From positions 1-15,976 of the forward strand of contig JAVKIJ010000075.1 of the NCBI GenBank assembly GCA_031459535.1: a stretch of DNA of 15,976 nt. Direction: 5' to 3'. Position numbers and translations under genes: made by a program. This document shows, in pieces, positions 7,533-15,976 of the stretch. Under the pieces are notes generated by a model. The model saw only the letters and a list, made by a program, of their open reading frames with translations, searched no databases and had not been told where the DNA came from. This DNA comes from Candidatus Fervidifonticultor quintus (GTDB lineage: Bacteria > Sysuimicrobiota > Sysuimicrobiia > Sysuimicrobiales > Humicultoraceae). Position 1 is the stretch's first letter; each line of letters starts with the position of its first letter.

Positions 7533-8681
7533 ATGCCACCCGTCGGTCGCCTCGTCGTTGCGGCATTGCTGTGCGCGGCGCTGGCCGCCTCGGCGCCGCG
7601 GCCGCTGCGCGCCCAGCCGCAGTCGTCCTCGCCGGTACGCGTGGGTCTGCTGCTGGGCCAGGATCTGGTCACCATTGGCACCGAGGGACCCGTGGAGCTC
7701 ACCGATGCCGAGTCGGGCCGGCGCCTGACGCTGGAGGGCGGGCGCTTGGTGTTCCGGGCCGGGCTACGCACGATAGAGACGGACGCGGCGTCCTACGGCG
7801 GACCGCTGCGGCTGCAGCCTCGCAGCGGCTACCTTCAGGTGAACGGTCGGCCCTACCGCGGTCTCATCGAGATCCGCCGGACGCCCCAGGGTCGCCTGAC
7901 GGTCATCAACGAGGTGGATATCGAGGAGTACCTCTACGGGGTGGTGCGCAGCGAGATGGACCCCCGCTGGCCGCCTGAAGCGCTGCGCGCGCAGGCCGTG
8001 GCCGCCCGCTCGCTGGCCGGGGTGGGCTCGGGCCGGTTCGCGATCGAGGGATACGACGTGCGCGCGACGACCGACTCGCAGGTCTACGGCGGGGTGCTAG
8101 CCGAGGACCCGCGCACGACCGCTGCGGTGGACGCCACGCGCGGTCAGGTGATCCTCTACGGAGGCCGCCCGGTGTCCGCGCCCTACCACGCCGACTCCGG
8201 TGGCGCCACCGAGAGTAGCGAGTTCGTCTGGGGGACCGTGATCCCGCACCTGAGGGGTGTGCCCGACCCCCACGCGCGCGACGCGCCCACCCACCAGTGG
8301 ACCCTGCGCCTGGACTTTGGCGCGATCGAGACGGGCCTCCAGCGCGCCGGCCGGGCTGTGGCCGGCCTGCAGCGGGTGGAGGTGCTGGCGACGAGCCCGT
8401 CGGGGCGTGTGGTCACGCTGCGGTTGGTCACGTCGGAGGGCCCCGTGGACGTCCGCGGCACCGACTTCCGCGCGGCCATGGGCGTCGGGGTGGTCCGCAG
8501 CACCCTGTTCGTCGTTAGGCCTCTGCCCGGTGAGGCCGCTGTGGAGCTCGCCGGGCGCGGGTCGGGTCACGGCGTGGGCTTGAGCCAGTGGGGCGCACGG
8601 GGCATGGCTCTTGCGGGACGGGACTACACCGAGATCCTCCGGCACTACTACACGGGGGTGGCGGTCGGCCCGCGGCCCTGA
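7533..8681 (+). CDS. SpoIID/LytB domain protein (peptidoglycan lytic transglycosylase-like)
   Basis: Signal peptide from ATG 7533; YRG, INEVDIEEYLYGVVRSEM, EALRAQAVAARS, SQVYGG, GHGVGLSQWGA and ILRHYY motifs. Confidence 0.92.
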   Translation: MPPVGRLVVAALLCAALAASAPRPLRAQPQSSSPVRVGLLLGQDLVTIGTEGPVELTDAESGRRLTLEGGRLVFRAGLRTIETDAASYGGPLRLQPRSGYLQVNGRPYRGLIEIRRTPQGRLTVINEVDIEEYLYGVVRSEMDPRWPPEALRAQAVAARSLAGVGSGRFAIEGYDVRATTDSQVYGGVLAEDPRTTAAVDATRGQVILYGGRPVSAPYHADSGGATESSEFVWGTVIPHLRGVPDPHARDAPTHQWTLRLDFGAIETGLQRAGRAVAGLQRVEVLATSPSGRVVTLRLVTSEGPVDVRGTDFRAAMGVGVVRSTLFVVRPLPGEAAVELAGRGSGHGVGLSQWGARGMALAGRDYTEILRHYYTGVAVGPRP

Positions 8682-9691
8682 TGCGGCTGGAGGACTTCGA
8701 CTACAGGCTTCCCACGGAGCTCATCGCCCAGCGGCCTGCGGCACCGCGGGATTCGTCGCGGTTGCTCGTGGTCCACCGGGCCGATGGTCGGCTGGAGCAC
8801 CGCATCTTCCGCGAGATCGGTGCGTACCTGACGCCGGGCGACGTGCTCGTGGTGAACGACACGAGGGTCATCCCGGCGCGGCTGCACGGCCGACGGCCTG
8901 AGACCGGCGGTGCGGTCGAGCTGCTCCTGCTGCGGCCGGTCAGCGGCGGAGGGTGGGAAGCCCTGGTCCGGCCCGGCCGACGCCTGAAGCCCGGAGCAGT
9001 GGTCCACGTGGGACCTGGCGTGCCGGTCGAGATCGCAGACCGGCTGCCCGGGGGGCGTCGCCTGATCCGGCGGGCCGACGGCGGGGACCTGCGAGGCTTG
9101 ATGGCCATAGCAGGCGAGATGCCCACCCCGCCCTACATACATCGGCCGCTTGACGACCCGGCGCAGTATCAGACCATGTTTGCCCGGACGGACGGTGCCG
9201 TGGCCGCGCCGACCGCCGGTCTGCACTTCACCTCGCAGCTCATCGAGGCGCTCCGCGCGCAGGGAATCGTGATCGTCGCGCTCACCCTCCACGTCGGCCC
9301 GGGCACGTTCCAGCCTGTGGTGGTGGAGGAGATCGCGCGCCACCAGGTGGAACCCGAGCACTACGCCATCGGCGAAGACGCCGCCGCCGCGATCAACGCC
9401 CGCCGTGGCCGGCTGGTCGCCGTGGGCACCACCACCGTCCGCGCGCTGGAGGGGGCGGCCGCGGACGGGATCGTGAAGTCCGGCGTGGGGTGGACCGATC
9501 TGTTCATCACGCCGGGGTACCGGTTCCGGGTGGTGGAGGCCCTGGTGACGAACTTCCACCTGCCGAAGACCACCCTGCTCATGCTGGTCTGCGCCTTCGC
9601 AGGGCGCGAACTGATCATGTCGGCCTACCGGGAAGCCGTCCGCGAGCGGTACCGGTTCTACAGTTTCGGCGACGCCATGCTGATCGTGTAG
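8681..9691 (+). CDS. queA: S-adenosylmethionine:tRNA ribosyltransferase-isomerase QueA
   Basis: FDYRLPTELIAQRP, NDTRVIPARL, PPYI, AAPTAGLHFT, LHVGPGTF, VGTT, TNFHLP and YRFYSFGDAMLI; TGATG overlap places the start at 8681. Confidence 0.97.
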   Translation: MRLEDFDYRLPTELIAQRPAAPRDSSRLLVVHRADGRLEHRIFREIGAYLTPGDVLVVNDTRVIPARLHGRRPETGGAVELLLLRPVSGGGWEALVRPGRRLKPGAVVHVGPGVPVEIADRLPGGRRLIRRADGGDLRGLMAIAGEMPTPPYIHRPLDDPAQYQTMFARTDGAVAAPTAGLHFTSQLIEALRAQGIVIVALTLHVGPGTFQPVVVEEIARHQVEPEHYAIGEDAAAAINARRGRLVAVGTTTVRALEGAAADGIVKSGVGWTDLFITPGYRFRVVEALVTNFHLPKTTLLMLVCAFAGRELIMSAYREAVRERYRFYSFGDAMLIV

Positions 9692-9698
9692 CCGGCGC

Positions 9699-10295
9699 CT
9701 ACGCCGCCTTCGGCAGCGTCTCGATCTTCGTGCCCAGCACGTCGAGGAACTTCGCCAGCCACTCCGGGTGCGCGGGCCAGGCGGGTGCTGTCACCAGGTT
9801 GCCGTCCGCGTGCGCCCTGTCCACGGGAACCTCGACGTACGTGGCGCCGGCGCGCCGAACCTCGGGCCCCACTGCTGGGTAGGCGCTGCAGCTCCTCCCG
9901 TCCAGCACACCCGCGGCCGCCAGGATCTGCGGGCCGTGGCAGATGGCCGCAATCGGCTTCCCGGCCTCGGCGAAGTGGCGGACCATCTTCAGCACATCGT
10001 CCTGCAGGCGGAGGTACTCGGGCGCGCGCCCACCGGGAATGACCAGCGCGTCGTAGTCCTCGGCGTTGATCTCGGCAAAGGTGGCATTCAGCGCAAAGTT
10101 GTGGCCCGGCTTCTCACTGTAGGTCTGATCGCCCTCGAAGTCGTGAATCGCTGTACGGACCTTCTCGCCGGCCTTCTTGCCCGGACAGACAGCATGAACG
10201 GTGTGGCCTACCATCTGGAGGGCCTGAAAGGGTACCATGACCTCGTAGTCTTCCACGAAGTCGCCGACGAGCATCAGGATCTTCCGGCCGTCCAT
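9699..10295 (-). CDS. DJ-1/PfpI family protein (glyoxalase/deglycase/peptidase C56-like)
   Basis: [19 protein letters not shown], nucleophile elbow AICHG and [19 protein letters not shown] upstream. Confidence 0.92.
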   Translation of the reverse strand: MDGRKILMLVGDFVEDYEVMVPFQALQMVGHTVHAVCPGKKAGEKVRTAIHDFEGDQTYSEKPGHNFALNATFAEINAEDYDALVIPGGRAPEYLRLQDDVLKMVRHFAEAGKPIAAICHGPQILAAAGVLDGRSCSAYPAVGPEVRRAGATYVEVPVDRAHADGNLVTAPAWPAHPEWLAKFLDVLGTKIETLPKAA

Positions 10296-10468
10296 GATGA
10301 TCCCCCCTTGATCAGTACCGCCGGATGCTGACGCCTGCGGGCTCGTCCCCGCAGCGTAGTTACTCTACACGTGGGAGAGGGGTGCTGGCTATCCGTGGGC
10401 AACCCGATTTCGCGCGCCGGGGACCACGTCGGGCGGGACCGGGGGCGTCTGGGGTGCGGGTACGAGGT

Positions 10469-10984
10469 CTAGGAGCGGACGCGTGTCCACCCGCGGCCGG
10501 CCGGAGTCCACGAGGACAGCGGCCGGTCCAGATAGTCCTGCTCGGTCACAGTGTATCCCGCGGCCTCCAGGCGCCGGCGCGCTTCGGCGTAGTAGCGATA
10601 GTCAACCTGCCAGACGCCGGCGCGCAGCGGATTCTGGTAGGCACCCAGGCCGCCGAGCAGCTTCTTGAGGTTTTCGGCCTCGCCGGGGTCGGCCCTGAGT
10701 TCCACGCTCTGGTTGATCGTGCCGTACGCTTCGATCTTCGTTGACTGCGGCGGCGTGGCGGGCCTGCCGCCGGGGTTGAGCGAAGAGACCGGCACCTCGA
10801 CCGTGGGTGCCGCCGCGGGCCCCCCCGGCGCGGGGCGTGCGGCCGCTCCCGGCGTGGCCGCACCGGCCGATGTGGCGCCGGCCGCAGCCTTTGCCGCTCG
10901 CAGGGCTTCGGCTCGGGCCCTGATCGCCGCCAGCTTCTCCTCCCGGGTCTGTTCGGACGCGGGCCTGTCAGATTCGCCGGTCAT
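10469..10984 (-). CDS. Hypothetical protein, 171 aa
   Basis: SD GGAGG and a TTGCCT-17-TAGAAT promoter upstream. Charged N-terminal helix, Ala/Pro linker and a normal-composition C-terminal domain; fills the gap between pfpI and gdh. Confidence 0.75.
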   Translation of the reverse strand: MTGESDRPASEQTREEKLAAIRARAEALRAAKAAAGATSAGAATPGAAARPAPGGPAAAPTVEVPVSSLNPGGRPATPPQSTKIEAYGTINQSVELRADPGEAENLKKLLGGLGAYQNPLRAGVWQVDYRYYAEARRRLEAAGYTVTEQDYLDRPLSSWTPAGRGWTRVRS

Positions 10985-11011
10985 CTGCGCCTCCGGTGCC
11001 TCGTCGCCGCC

Positions 11012-11040
11012 ATTCTACAGGGAGGGTGTGGAGCAGGCAA
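11012..11040 (-). promoter_or_regulatory. sigma70-like promoter for the hypothetical gene (and possibly pfpI)
   Basis: TTGCCT (11040-11035), 17 bp spacer, TAGAAT (11017-11012). Confidence 0.6.
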
Positions 11041-11152
11041 CCACCCCGGGCCCGACGCGGCGGTTTCGAGCCCGCCGTACGCTTGGGCGGCTCACTTGAC
11101 AGGAGTTCGCAGGGACCGACAGGAAGCAACCGCCATCGAAGGAGGGGACGTT

Positions 11153-12433
11153 GTGAGTCCGGAGTTCCGCGCGTCGGCCGCGAAGGCGGCCGCCGGCGAT
11201 CCGTGGGCGATGGCGCAGGCGCAGTTCTATGTGGCGTCGCGGCGCCTTCGCCTCGCCCCCGGCGTCGAGAAGTTCCTGGCGACCCCGCAGCGTGAGCTGA
11301 CCGTTGGCTTTCCTGTCAAGATGGACGACGGCCGCATCGAGATCTTCACGGGTTACCGCGTGCACCACAACATGGTGCTGGGTCCCACCAAGGGCGGCAT
11401 CCGCTACCACCCCGGTGTGACCCTCAACGAGGTGCGGGCGCTGGCCATGTGGATGACGTGGAAGTGCGCCCTGGTGCACCTGCCGTACGGTGGCGCCAAG
11501 GGCGGGGTGGTGGTGGACCCTCAGACGCTGTCCGGGCCAGAACTGGAACGGCTGACGCGGCGGTTTGCGGCCGAGATCAGCGTGCTCATGGGCCCCTACG
11601 GCGACATTCCGGCGCCGGACGTGGGGACCAACGCCCAGATCATGGCCTGGATCATGGACACCTTCAGCATGCAGCGGGGCCGGGTCACGCCAGCGGTCAC
11701 CACCGGAAAGCCGGTGCCCCTCGGCGGGTCGGTCGGCAGGAGAGAGGCGACCGGCCGCGGGGTGATGCTCTCGGCCAGGGAGGTGGCGCGTCTGCACGGC
11801 CTGCCCTGGACGGGCGCGCGGGTCGTCGTGCAGGGATTCGGGAACGTCGGCGAGGCGACGGCGCGCCTGATGTGGGACGAGGGGTGCACCATCATCGCCG
11901 CCAGCGACGTCAACGGCGGCATCTACAACCCCAGGGGCCTGGACCTGCCTGGGCTCCAGGCGCACGTGGCCCGAAGCAAGACCGTCGTCGGGTTCCCGGG
12001 CTGCGAGCCCATCAGCAACCGCGACCTCCTCGAGTTGCCTTGCGACTACCTGGTTCCGGCCGCCCTCGAGGGCCAGATCACGGGCGAGAACGCCGGACGG
12101 ATCGCGGCCAGGGTGATCGTGGAGGGCGCCAACGGGCCCACCACTCCCGAGGCTGACGAGATTCTGGCGGATCGGGGGATCCTGGTGGTGCCCGATATCC
12201 TGGCCAACAGCGGGGGTGTGATCGTCTCGTACTTCGAATGGGTGCAAGACCTCCAGTCGCTGTTCTGGGACGAAGACGAGATCAATCGTCGGCTGGAGCA
12301 GATCATGGTGCGAAGCGTCCGCGGGGTGGTCGCGCTGGCCCAGGCCGAGGGCGTCACGATGCGGGCGGCGGCGCTGCTGCGGGCGGTGCAGCGTGTCGCC
12401 GACGCCCTGACGATCCGGGGCATCTATCCCTGA
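11153..12433 (+). CDS. gdhA: Glu/Leu/Phe/Val dehydrogenase, probably glutamate dehydrogenase
   Basis: [50 protein letters not shown] and [19 protein letters not shown]. Start re-called at GTG 11153 after GAAGGAGG. Confidence 0.93.
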   Translation: MSPEFRASAAKAAAGDPWAMAQAQFYVASRRLRLAPGVEKFLATPQRELTVGFPVKMDDGRIEIFTGYRVHHNMVLGPTKGGIRYHPGVTLNEVRALAMWMTWKCALVHLPYGGAKGGVVVDPQTLSGPELERLTRRFAAEISVLMGPYGDIPAPDVGTNAQIMAWIMDTFSMQRGRVTPAVTTGKPVPLGGSVGRREATGRGVMLSAREVARLHGLPWTGARVVVQGFGNVGEATARLMWDEGCTIIAASDVNGGIYNPRGLDLPGLQAHVARSKTVVGFPGCEPISNRDLLELPCDYLVPAALEGQITGENAGRIAARVIVEGANGPTTPEADEILADRGILVVPDILANSGGVIVSYFEWVQDLQSLFWDEDEINRRLEQIMVRSVRGVVALAQAEGVTMRAAALLRAVQRVADALTIRGIYP

Positions 12434-12456
12434 GACGGCGGCAGGCCGGTGCGCAC

Positions 12457-13569
12457 ATGCGGTTCGACGTCCTCGCAGCCGACCAGCAGACCCGCGCGCG
12501 TCTTGGCCGGCTGAGCCTGGCCCGCGGCATCGTGGAGACCCCGGCGTTCATGCCGGTGGGCACCAACGCCACCGTGCGCGCGCTCACGCCGGACGAGGTC
12601 CGGGAGACCGGTGCCCAGATGATCCTGGCCAATGCGTTCCACCTCTACTTGAGACCGGGGGTGGAGATCATCGAGACGGCGGGCGGGCTCCATGGGTTCA
12701 TGGGCTGGAGTGGTCCTATCCTCACGGACAGCGGCGGGTTCCAGGTCTTCAGCCTGGCCACCATGCGACAGCTCGATGACGACGGCGTCACGTTCCGATC
12801 GCCGATTGACGGCACGGTCCACCGGTTCACGCCCGAGGGCGTCGTGGACATCCAGCGCCGCCTGGGCGCCGACGTGCTGATGCCCCTGGACGTGTGCCTC
12901 GGCTACCCGCACGAGGCGCAGGAGGCGCGCTCGGCGCTGGAGCGGACGCTGCACTGGGCGGCCCGGGCGCGGGCTCATCACGACCGCATGGGCCTCGGCG
13001 TGTTGTTTGGGATCGTGCAGGGCGGGCTGGACACCGATCTCCGACGGGAGGCCGCGCGCCGCACCGTAGCCCTTGGTTTCCCTGGATATGCGATCGGCGG
13101 CCTGTCCGTGGGCGAGGCGCCCGAACTCACCTACGAGATGCTCGATGCCGTGGTGCCGGAACTCCCACAGGCCAGCCCTCGCTACCTCATGGGCGTCGGA
13201 TCGATTCCGGGTATCCTGCACGGCATCGCCCGGGGCATCGACCTGTTCGACTGTGTCCTGCCGACCCGCGTGGCGCGGACCGGGACCATCTTCACGGCCG
13301 CCGGTCGCCTCAACATCCGCAACGGGCGCTATCGCGCCGACCTGTCGCCGCCCGACCCGTCGTGCACCTGCCGCGTGTGCACTACAACCACGCGCGCCTA
13401 CCTGCGCCACCTGTTCCACGCCGACGAGATGCTGGGCCCGCGCCTGGCTACCTACCACAATCTGGCATTCGTGGGCCGCATGGTGAAGGAGGCGCGGGCG
13501 GCGCTGCGCGCCGGCCGCTACGCGGCGTGGATGCGGGATGTGCTGGCAGCGTATACTACTGCGTGGTGA
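12457..13569 (+). CDS. tgt: tRNA-guanine(34) transglycosylase
   Basis: TPAFMPVGT, HLYLRPG, LTDSGGFQVFSL, GIVQGG, GGLSVGE, PRYLMGVG, FDCVLPTR and Zn site CTCRVC...HN. Start at ATG 12457. Confidence 0.97.
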   Translation: MRFDVLAADQQTRARLGRLSLARGIVETPAFMPVGTNATVRALTPDEVRETGAQMILANAFHLYLRPGVEIIETAGGLHGFMGWSGPILTDSGGFQVFSLATMRQLDDDGVTFRSPIDGTVHRFTPEGVVDIQRRLGADVLMPLDVCLGYPHEAQEARSALERTLHWAARARAHHDRMGLGVLFGIVQGGLDTDLRREAARRTVALGFPGYAIGGLSVGEAPELTYEMLDAVVPELPQASPRYLMGVGSIPGILHGIARGIDLFDCVLPTRVARTGTIFTAAGRLNIRNGRYRADLSPPDPSCTCRVCTTTTRAYLRHLFHADEMLGPRLATYHNLAFVGRMVKEARAALRAGRYAAWMRDVLAAYTTAW

Positions 13570-13632
13570 GCAGGAGACACCTGCCCATCGCAGAACGGAT
13601 GGCTGACGGTTCACAGGTGGGAGGAGCAGCGG

Positions 13633-13926
13633 ATGCCGGCTCAGCAGTCTCAGATCACAGTACTGCTCCTGTGGGTCCTGATCTTCGTGGTTTTCTATGT
13701 GCTCATGATCAGGCCGCAGCGGACGCAGCAGAGGAAGCGCCGAGAAATGCTGAACAACCTGAGGCGGGGCGACCGGGTGGTCACGCTGGGCGGGTTGCAC
13801 GCCACCATCGCGGACATCAAGGATGACCTGCTCACCCTGGATCTGGCGCCCAACGTCCGGGTCAAGGCTGACCGGGGATCGGTGAGCTACGTGCGTGCGA
13901 AAGGCGAGGCGAAGGCCGAAGAGTGA
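13633..13926 (+). CDS. yajC: Preprotein translocase subunit YajC
   Basis: Single TM followed by FYVLMIRPQ and LRRGDRVVTLGGLHATI; SD GGAGGAG; follows tgt. Confidence 0.93.
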   Translation: MPAQQSQITVLLLWVLIFVVFYVLMIRPQRTQQRKRREMLNNLRRGDRVVTLGGLHATIADIKDDLLTLDLAPNVRVKADRGSVSYVRAKGEAKAEE

Positions 13927-14612
13927 CCAACGAACGGGGGACGGCACCGGGTACGCCGACCCTGGAAGATGTCAAGCGAGATCCCGAGGTCGAGGCGCTC
14001 CTGGTCAAGGCCAATGAGTACACTGGGGTCATCGGCTACACCGAGCACGGCCTGCGTCACGCCAACCTGACGGCGAACATCGCGGCCAACGTCCTGCGCC
14101 GCCTGGGGTTCAACGAGCGCACGGCACAGCTCGCCGCCATCGCCGCGTACTTGCACGATGTGGGCAATCTGGTGAGCCGGGCCAATCACGAGCACACGGG
14201 TGCCGTGCTGGCCAATGACATCCTCGGGCGGTTGGGCATGTCGCCTGACGAGCGGGCCGTGGTCATGGGCGCCATCGGCAACCACGAGGAGCGGCACGGC
14301 GAGGCCATCAGTCCCGTGGGCGCCGCGGTGATCCTGGCCGACAAGTCTGACGTGCACCGCACCAGGGTTCGCAACCCCGACCGGTCCACATTCGACATCC
14401 ATGACCGGGTGAACTATGCCGTGGAGCACTCATTCCTGCGTGTGGACGAGAAGAGCAAGACGGTGACCCTGGAGCTGACCATCGACACGGCCATCTCCCA
14501 GGTCATGGAATACTTCGAGATCTTCCTGGATCGGATGCTGATGTGCCGCCGCGCCGCGGAATTTCTGGGGTGCGGATTCAAGTTACAGATCAACGGCATC
14601 AAGCTCCTGTAG
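13923..14612 (+). CDS. HD-domain metal-dependent phosphohydrolase
   Basis: TEHGLRH, YLHDVGN, IGNHEE and ADKSD motifs; GTGA overlap with the yajC stop. Confidence 0.88.
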   Translation: MTNERGTAPGTPTLEDVKRDPEVEALLVKANEYTGVIGYTEHGLRHANLTANIAANVLRRLGFNERTAQLAAIAAYLHDVGNLVSRANHEHTGAVLANDILGRLGMSPDERAVVMGAIGNHEERHGEAISPVGAAVILADKSDVHRTRVRNPDRSTFDIHDRVNYAVEHSFLRVDEKSKTVTLELTIDTAISQVMEYFEIFLDRMLMCRRAAEFLGCGFKLQINGIKLL

Positions 14613-14618
14613 CCGTCC

Positions 14619-15332
14619 ATGCCCCGCACCCTGGTGGTGCTGCCTCTGTACAACGAGGCGCCAACGGTTGACCGGGTCCTCCGGGAAGTGCAGCGGTGGG
14701 CGCAGGGGTGTGACGTGCTGGTGGTCGATGACGGATCCACCGATGGGTCGGCCGAGATCCTGAAGGCGTACGTGGATGTGACGGTGCTCACGCATCGGGA
14801 GAATGAAGGCTACGGCCAGTCGTTGATTGACGGGTTTGCCTACGCGGCCGCCCACGGCTACGACGTGGTGGTGACCCTGGACTGCGACGAGCAGCACGAG
14901 CCCCACCAGATTCCCCAGTTTGTCGCCGCGCTGGCCGGCGCTGACATCGTCTCCGGCAGCCGGTACCTGGATCCGGCCGTCGGCGGCGATCCGGCGCCAC
15001 CGGACCGGCGGCAACTGAACGAGGAAATCACCGCAAGACTTCGGGCCCTGACCGGCTATCCGCTCACCGACGCGTTCTGCGGGTTCAAGGCGTACCGCGT
15101 CGAGGCCCTGCGACGGCTGCGGCTCTCCGAGCCCTCGTACGGGCTGCCGTTGCAGGTGTGGGTGCAGGCGGCCCACCACGGCCTGCGGGTACGGGAGCTG
15201 GCGACCGCGCGGATCTACAAGAATCCCGCCCGCCGGTTCTGGGGCGGGCTGGACGATCCCGAGGTCCGTCGGCGATACTACCACGAGGTGATCGACCGAG
15301 AGGTGAAGCGGTGGCCCGTCTCCTCGCCATAG
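14619..15332 (+). CDS. Glycosyltransferase family 2 (polyprenol-phosphate mannose synthase-like)
   Basis: PLYNEA, VVDDGSTD, GYG, DxD motif LDCDEQH, VSGSRY and TDAFCGFKAYR; no obvious TM helix. Confidence 0.9.
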   Translation: MPRTLVVLPLYNEAPTVDRVLREVQRWAQGCDVLVVDDGSTDGSAEILKAYVDVTVLTHRENEGYGQSLIDGFAYAAAHGYDVVVTLDCDEQHEPHQIPQFVAALAGADIVSGSRYLDPAVGGDPAPPDRRQLNEEITARLRALTGYPLTDAFCGFKAYRVEALRRLRLSEPSYGLPLQVWVQAAHHGLRVRELATARIYKNPARRFWGGLDDPEVRRRYYHEVIDREVKRWPVSSP

Positions 15333-15976
15333 GCCCGCACCCCGACGACGTGGAGATCGCCATGGGCGGCACGGTGTGTTGGCTGCTGGCCCAGGGCCAC
15401 GACGTCGTGCTTTGCGACCTGACCGATGGCGAACCCACGCCCGTGGGCACGCCCCAACGCCGCGCCGCCGAGGCCGCTGCCGCCGCGCGCCTGCTGGGCG
15501 TGCAGCGCCGGATCACTCTGGCGCTGCCCAACCGCTATCTCCAGGACACCATCGAGGCACGGGTGCAGGTGGCCGAGGTCATCCGAGAGGTGCGGCCGGA
15601 CGCCATGTTCATCCCCTACTGGTTGGACGCCCATCCGGACCACGTGGCCGCCTGCGCGCTGTGTGAGGCGGCGCGCTTCACCGCCAAACTCACCCGGACC
15701 GCGATGAAGGGGGAGCCGCACTATCCGCGGCGCGTGTACCACTTCTTCAGCACCCACTACCGGCTGCACGTCAAGCCGTCATTCATCGTAGACATCTCGG
15801 ACTACATGGACGCCAAGCTGGCCTCGATCGCCGCCTACGAGTCCCAGTTCGGCGAAGCGCGAGGCACCGGCTGGATCATCGAGACGATCCGCGAGACCAA
15901 CGGCTACTGGGGCCGCCTCATCCACCGGCGGTATGGTGAGGCCTTCGTCTGCCGGGAGGAGGTCGGCGTGGTCCGG
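15311..15976 (+). CDS. bshB1: PIG-L/LmbE-family deacetylase, BshB1-like; 3' partial
   Basis: Not in the ORF track. GTG 15311 after GAGGTG translates as MARLLAIGPHPDDVEIAMGGT...DLTDGEPT...HPDH...IVDISD...AYESQF...YGEAF, open to the window end; overlaps the GT2 gene by 22 bp. Confidence 0.85.
   Translation, partial: MARLLAIGPHPDDVEIAMGGTVCWLLAQGHDVVLCDLTDGEPTPVGTPQRRAAEAAAAARLLGVQRRITLALPNRYLQDTIEARVQVAEVIREVRPDAMFIPYWLDAHPDHVAACALCEAARFTAKLTRTAMKGEPHYPRRVYHFFSTHYRLHVKPSFIVDISDYMDAKLASIAAYESQFGEARGTGWIIETIRETNGYWGRLIHRRYGEAFVCREEVGVVR

Noticed and set aside
7533..8681. SpoIID as evidence of sporulation
   Set aside because: SpoIID/LytB-domain proteins are common in non-sporulating bacteria, often next to queA.
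9691..12452. Near-direct repeats GCCGGCGC (9691-9698) and GCCGGTGC (12445-12452) flanking the pfpI-gdh block as a target-site duplication
   Set aside because: Only 7 of 8 bases match in very GC-rich DNA and no integrase or transposase lies within the block, so chance is likely.
13593..13612. GAAC...GTTC upstream of yajC as a second SOS box
   Set aside because: The spacer is 12 bp, not the 4 bp required.
11015..13947. Long antisense ORFs (410 aa opposite gdh, 507 aa opposite tgt/yajC), and similar ones opposite ruvB, queA and xylR
   Set aside because: Shadow ORFs expected from high-GC codon bias; no recognisable motifs and they overlap well-supported genes.

Overview
GC-rich bacterial chromosomal window with Gram-positive/Terrabacteria-type regulatory signals. 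From left to right: (1) the probable left end of an IS5-like insertion sequence (1-121), abutting the stop codon of a sugar ABC permease; (2) a divergent sugar-utilisation locus, with an ABC permease and solute-binding protein on the minus strand and a ROK/XylR-type repressor and xylose-isomerase-fold enzyme on the plus strand, plus a XylR-like operator between them; (3) a closely coupled ruvC-ruvA-ruvB-DUF2905-spoIID/lytB-queA run behind an extended -10 promoter and a LexA (Cheo-type) SOS box; (4) pfpI/DJ-1, an orphan 171-aa protein and a glutamate dehydrogenase lying between queA and tgt; (5) tgt-yajC-HD phosphohydrolase-GT2 glycosyltransferase-BshB1/PIG-L deacetylase, the last running off the window end. 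Most of the window is housekeeping. The best candidates for new biology are the isomerase with non-XylA metal ligands, the hairpin-split ribosome-binding site of the permease, the HD-GT2-BshB1 module and the orphan protein. All family calls come from motif recognition by eye; no searches were run.
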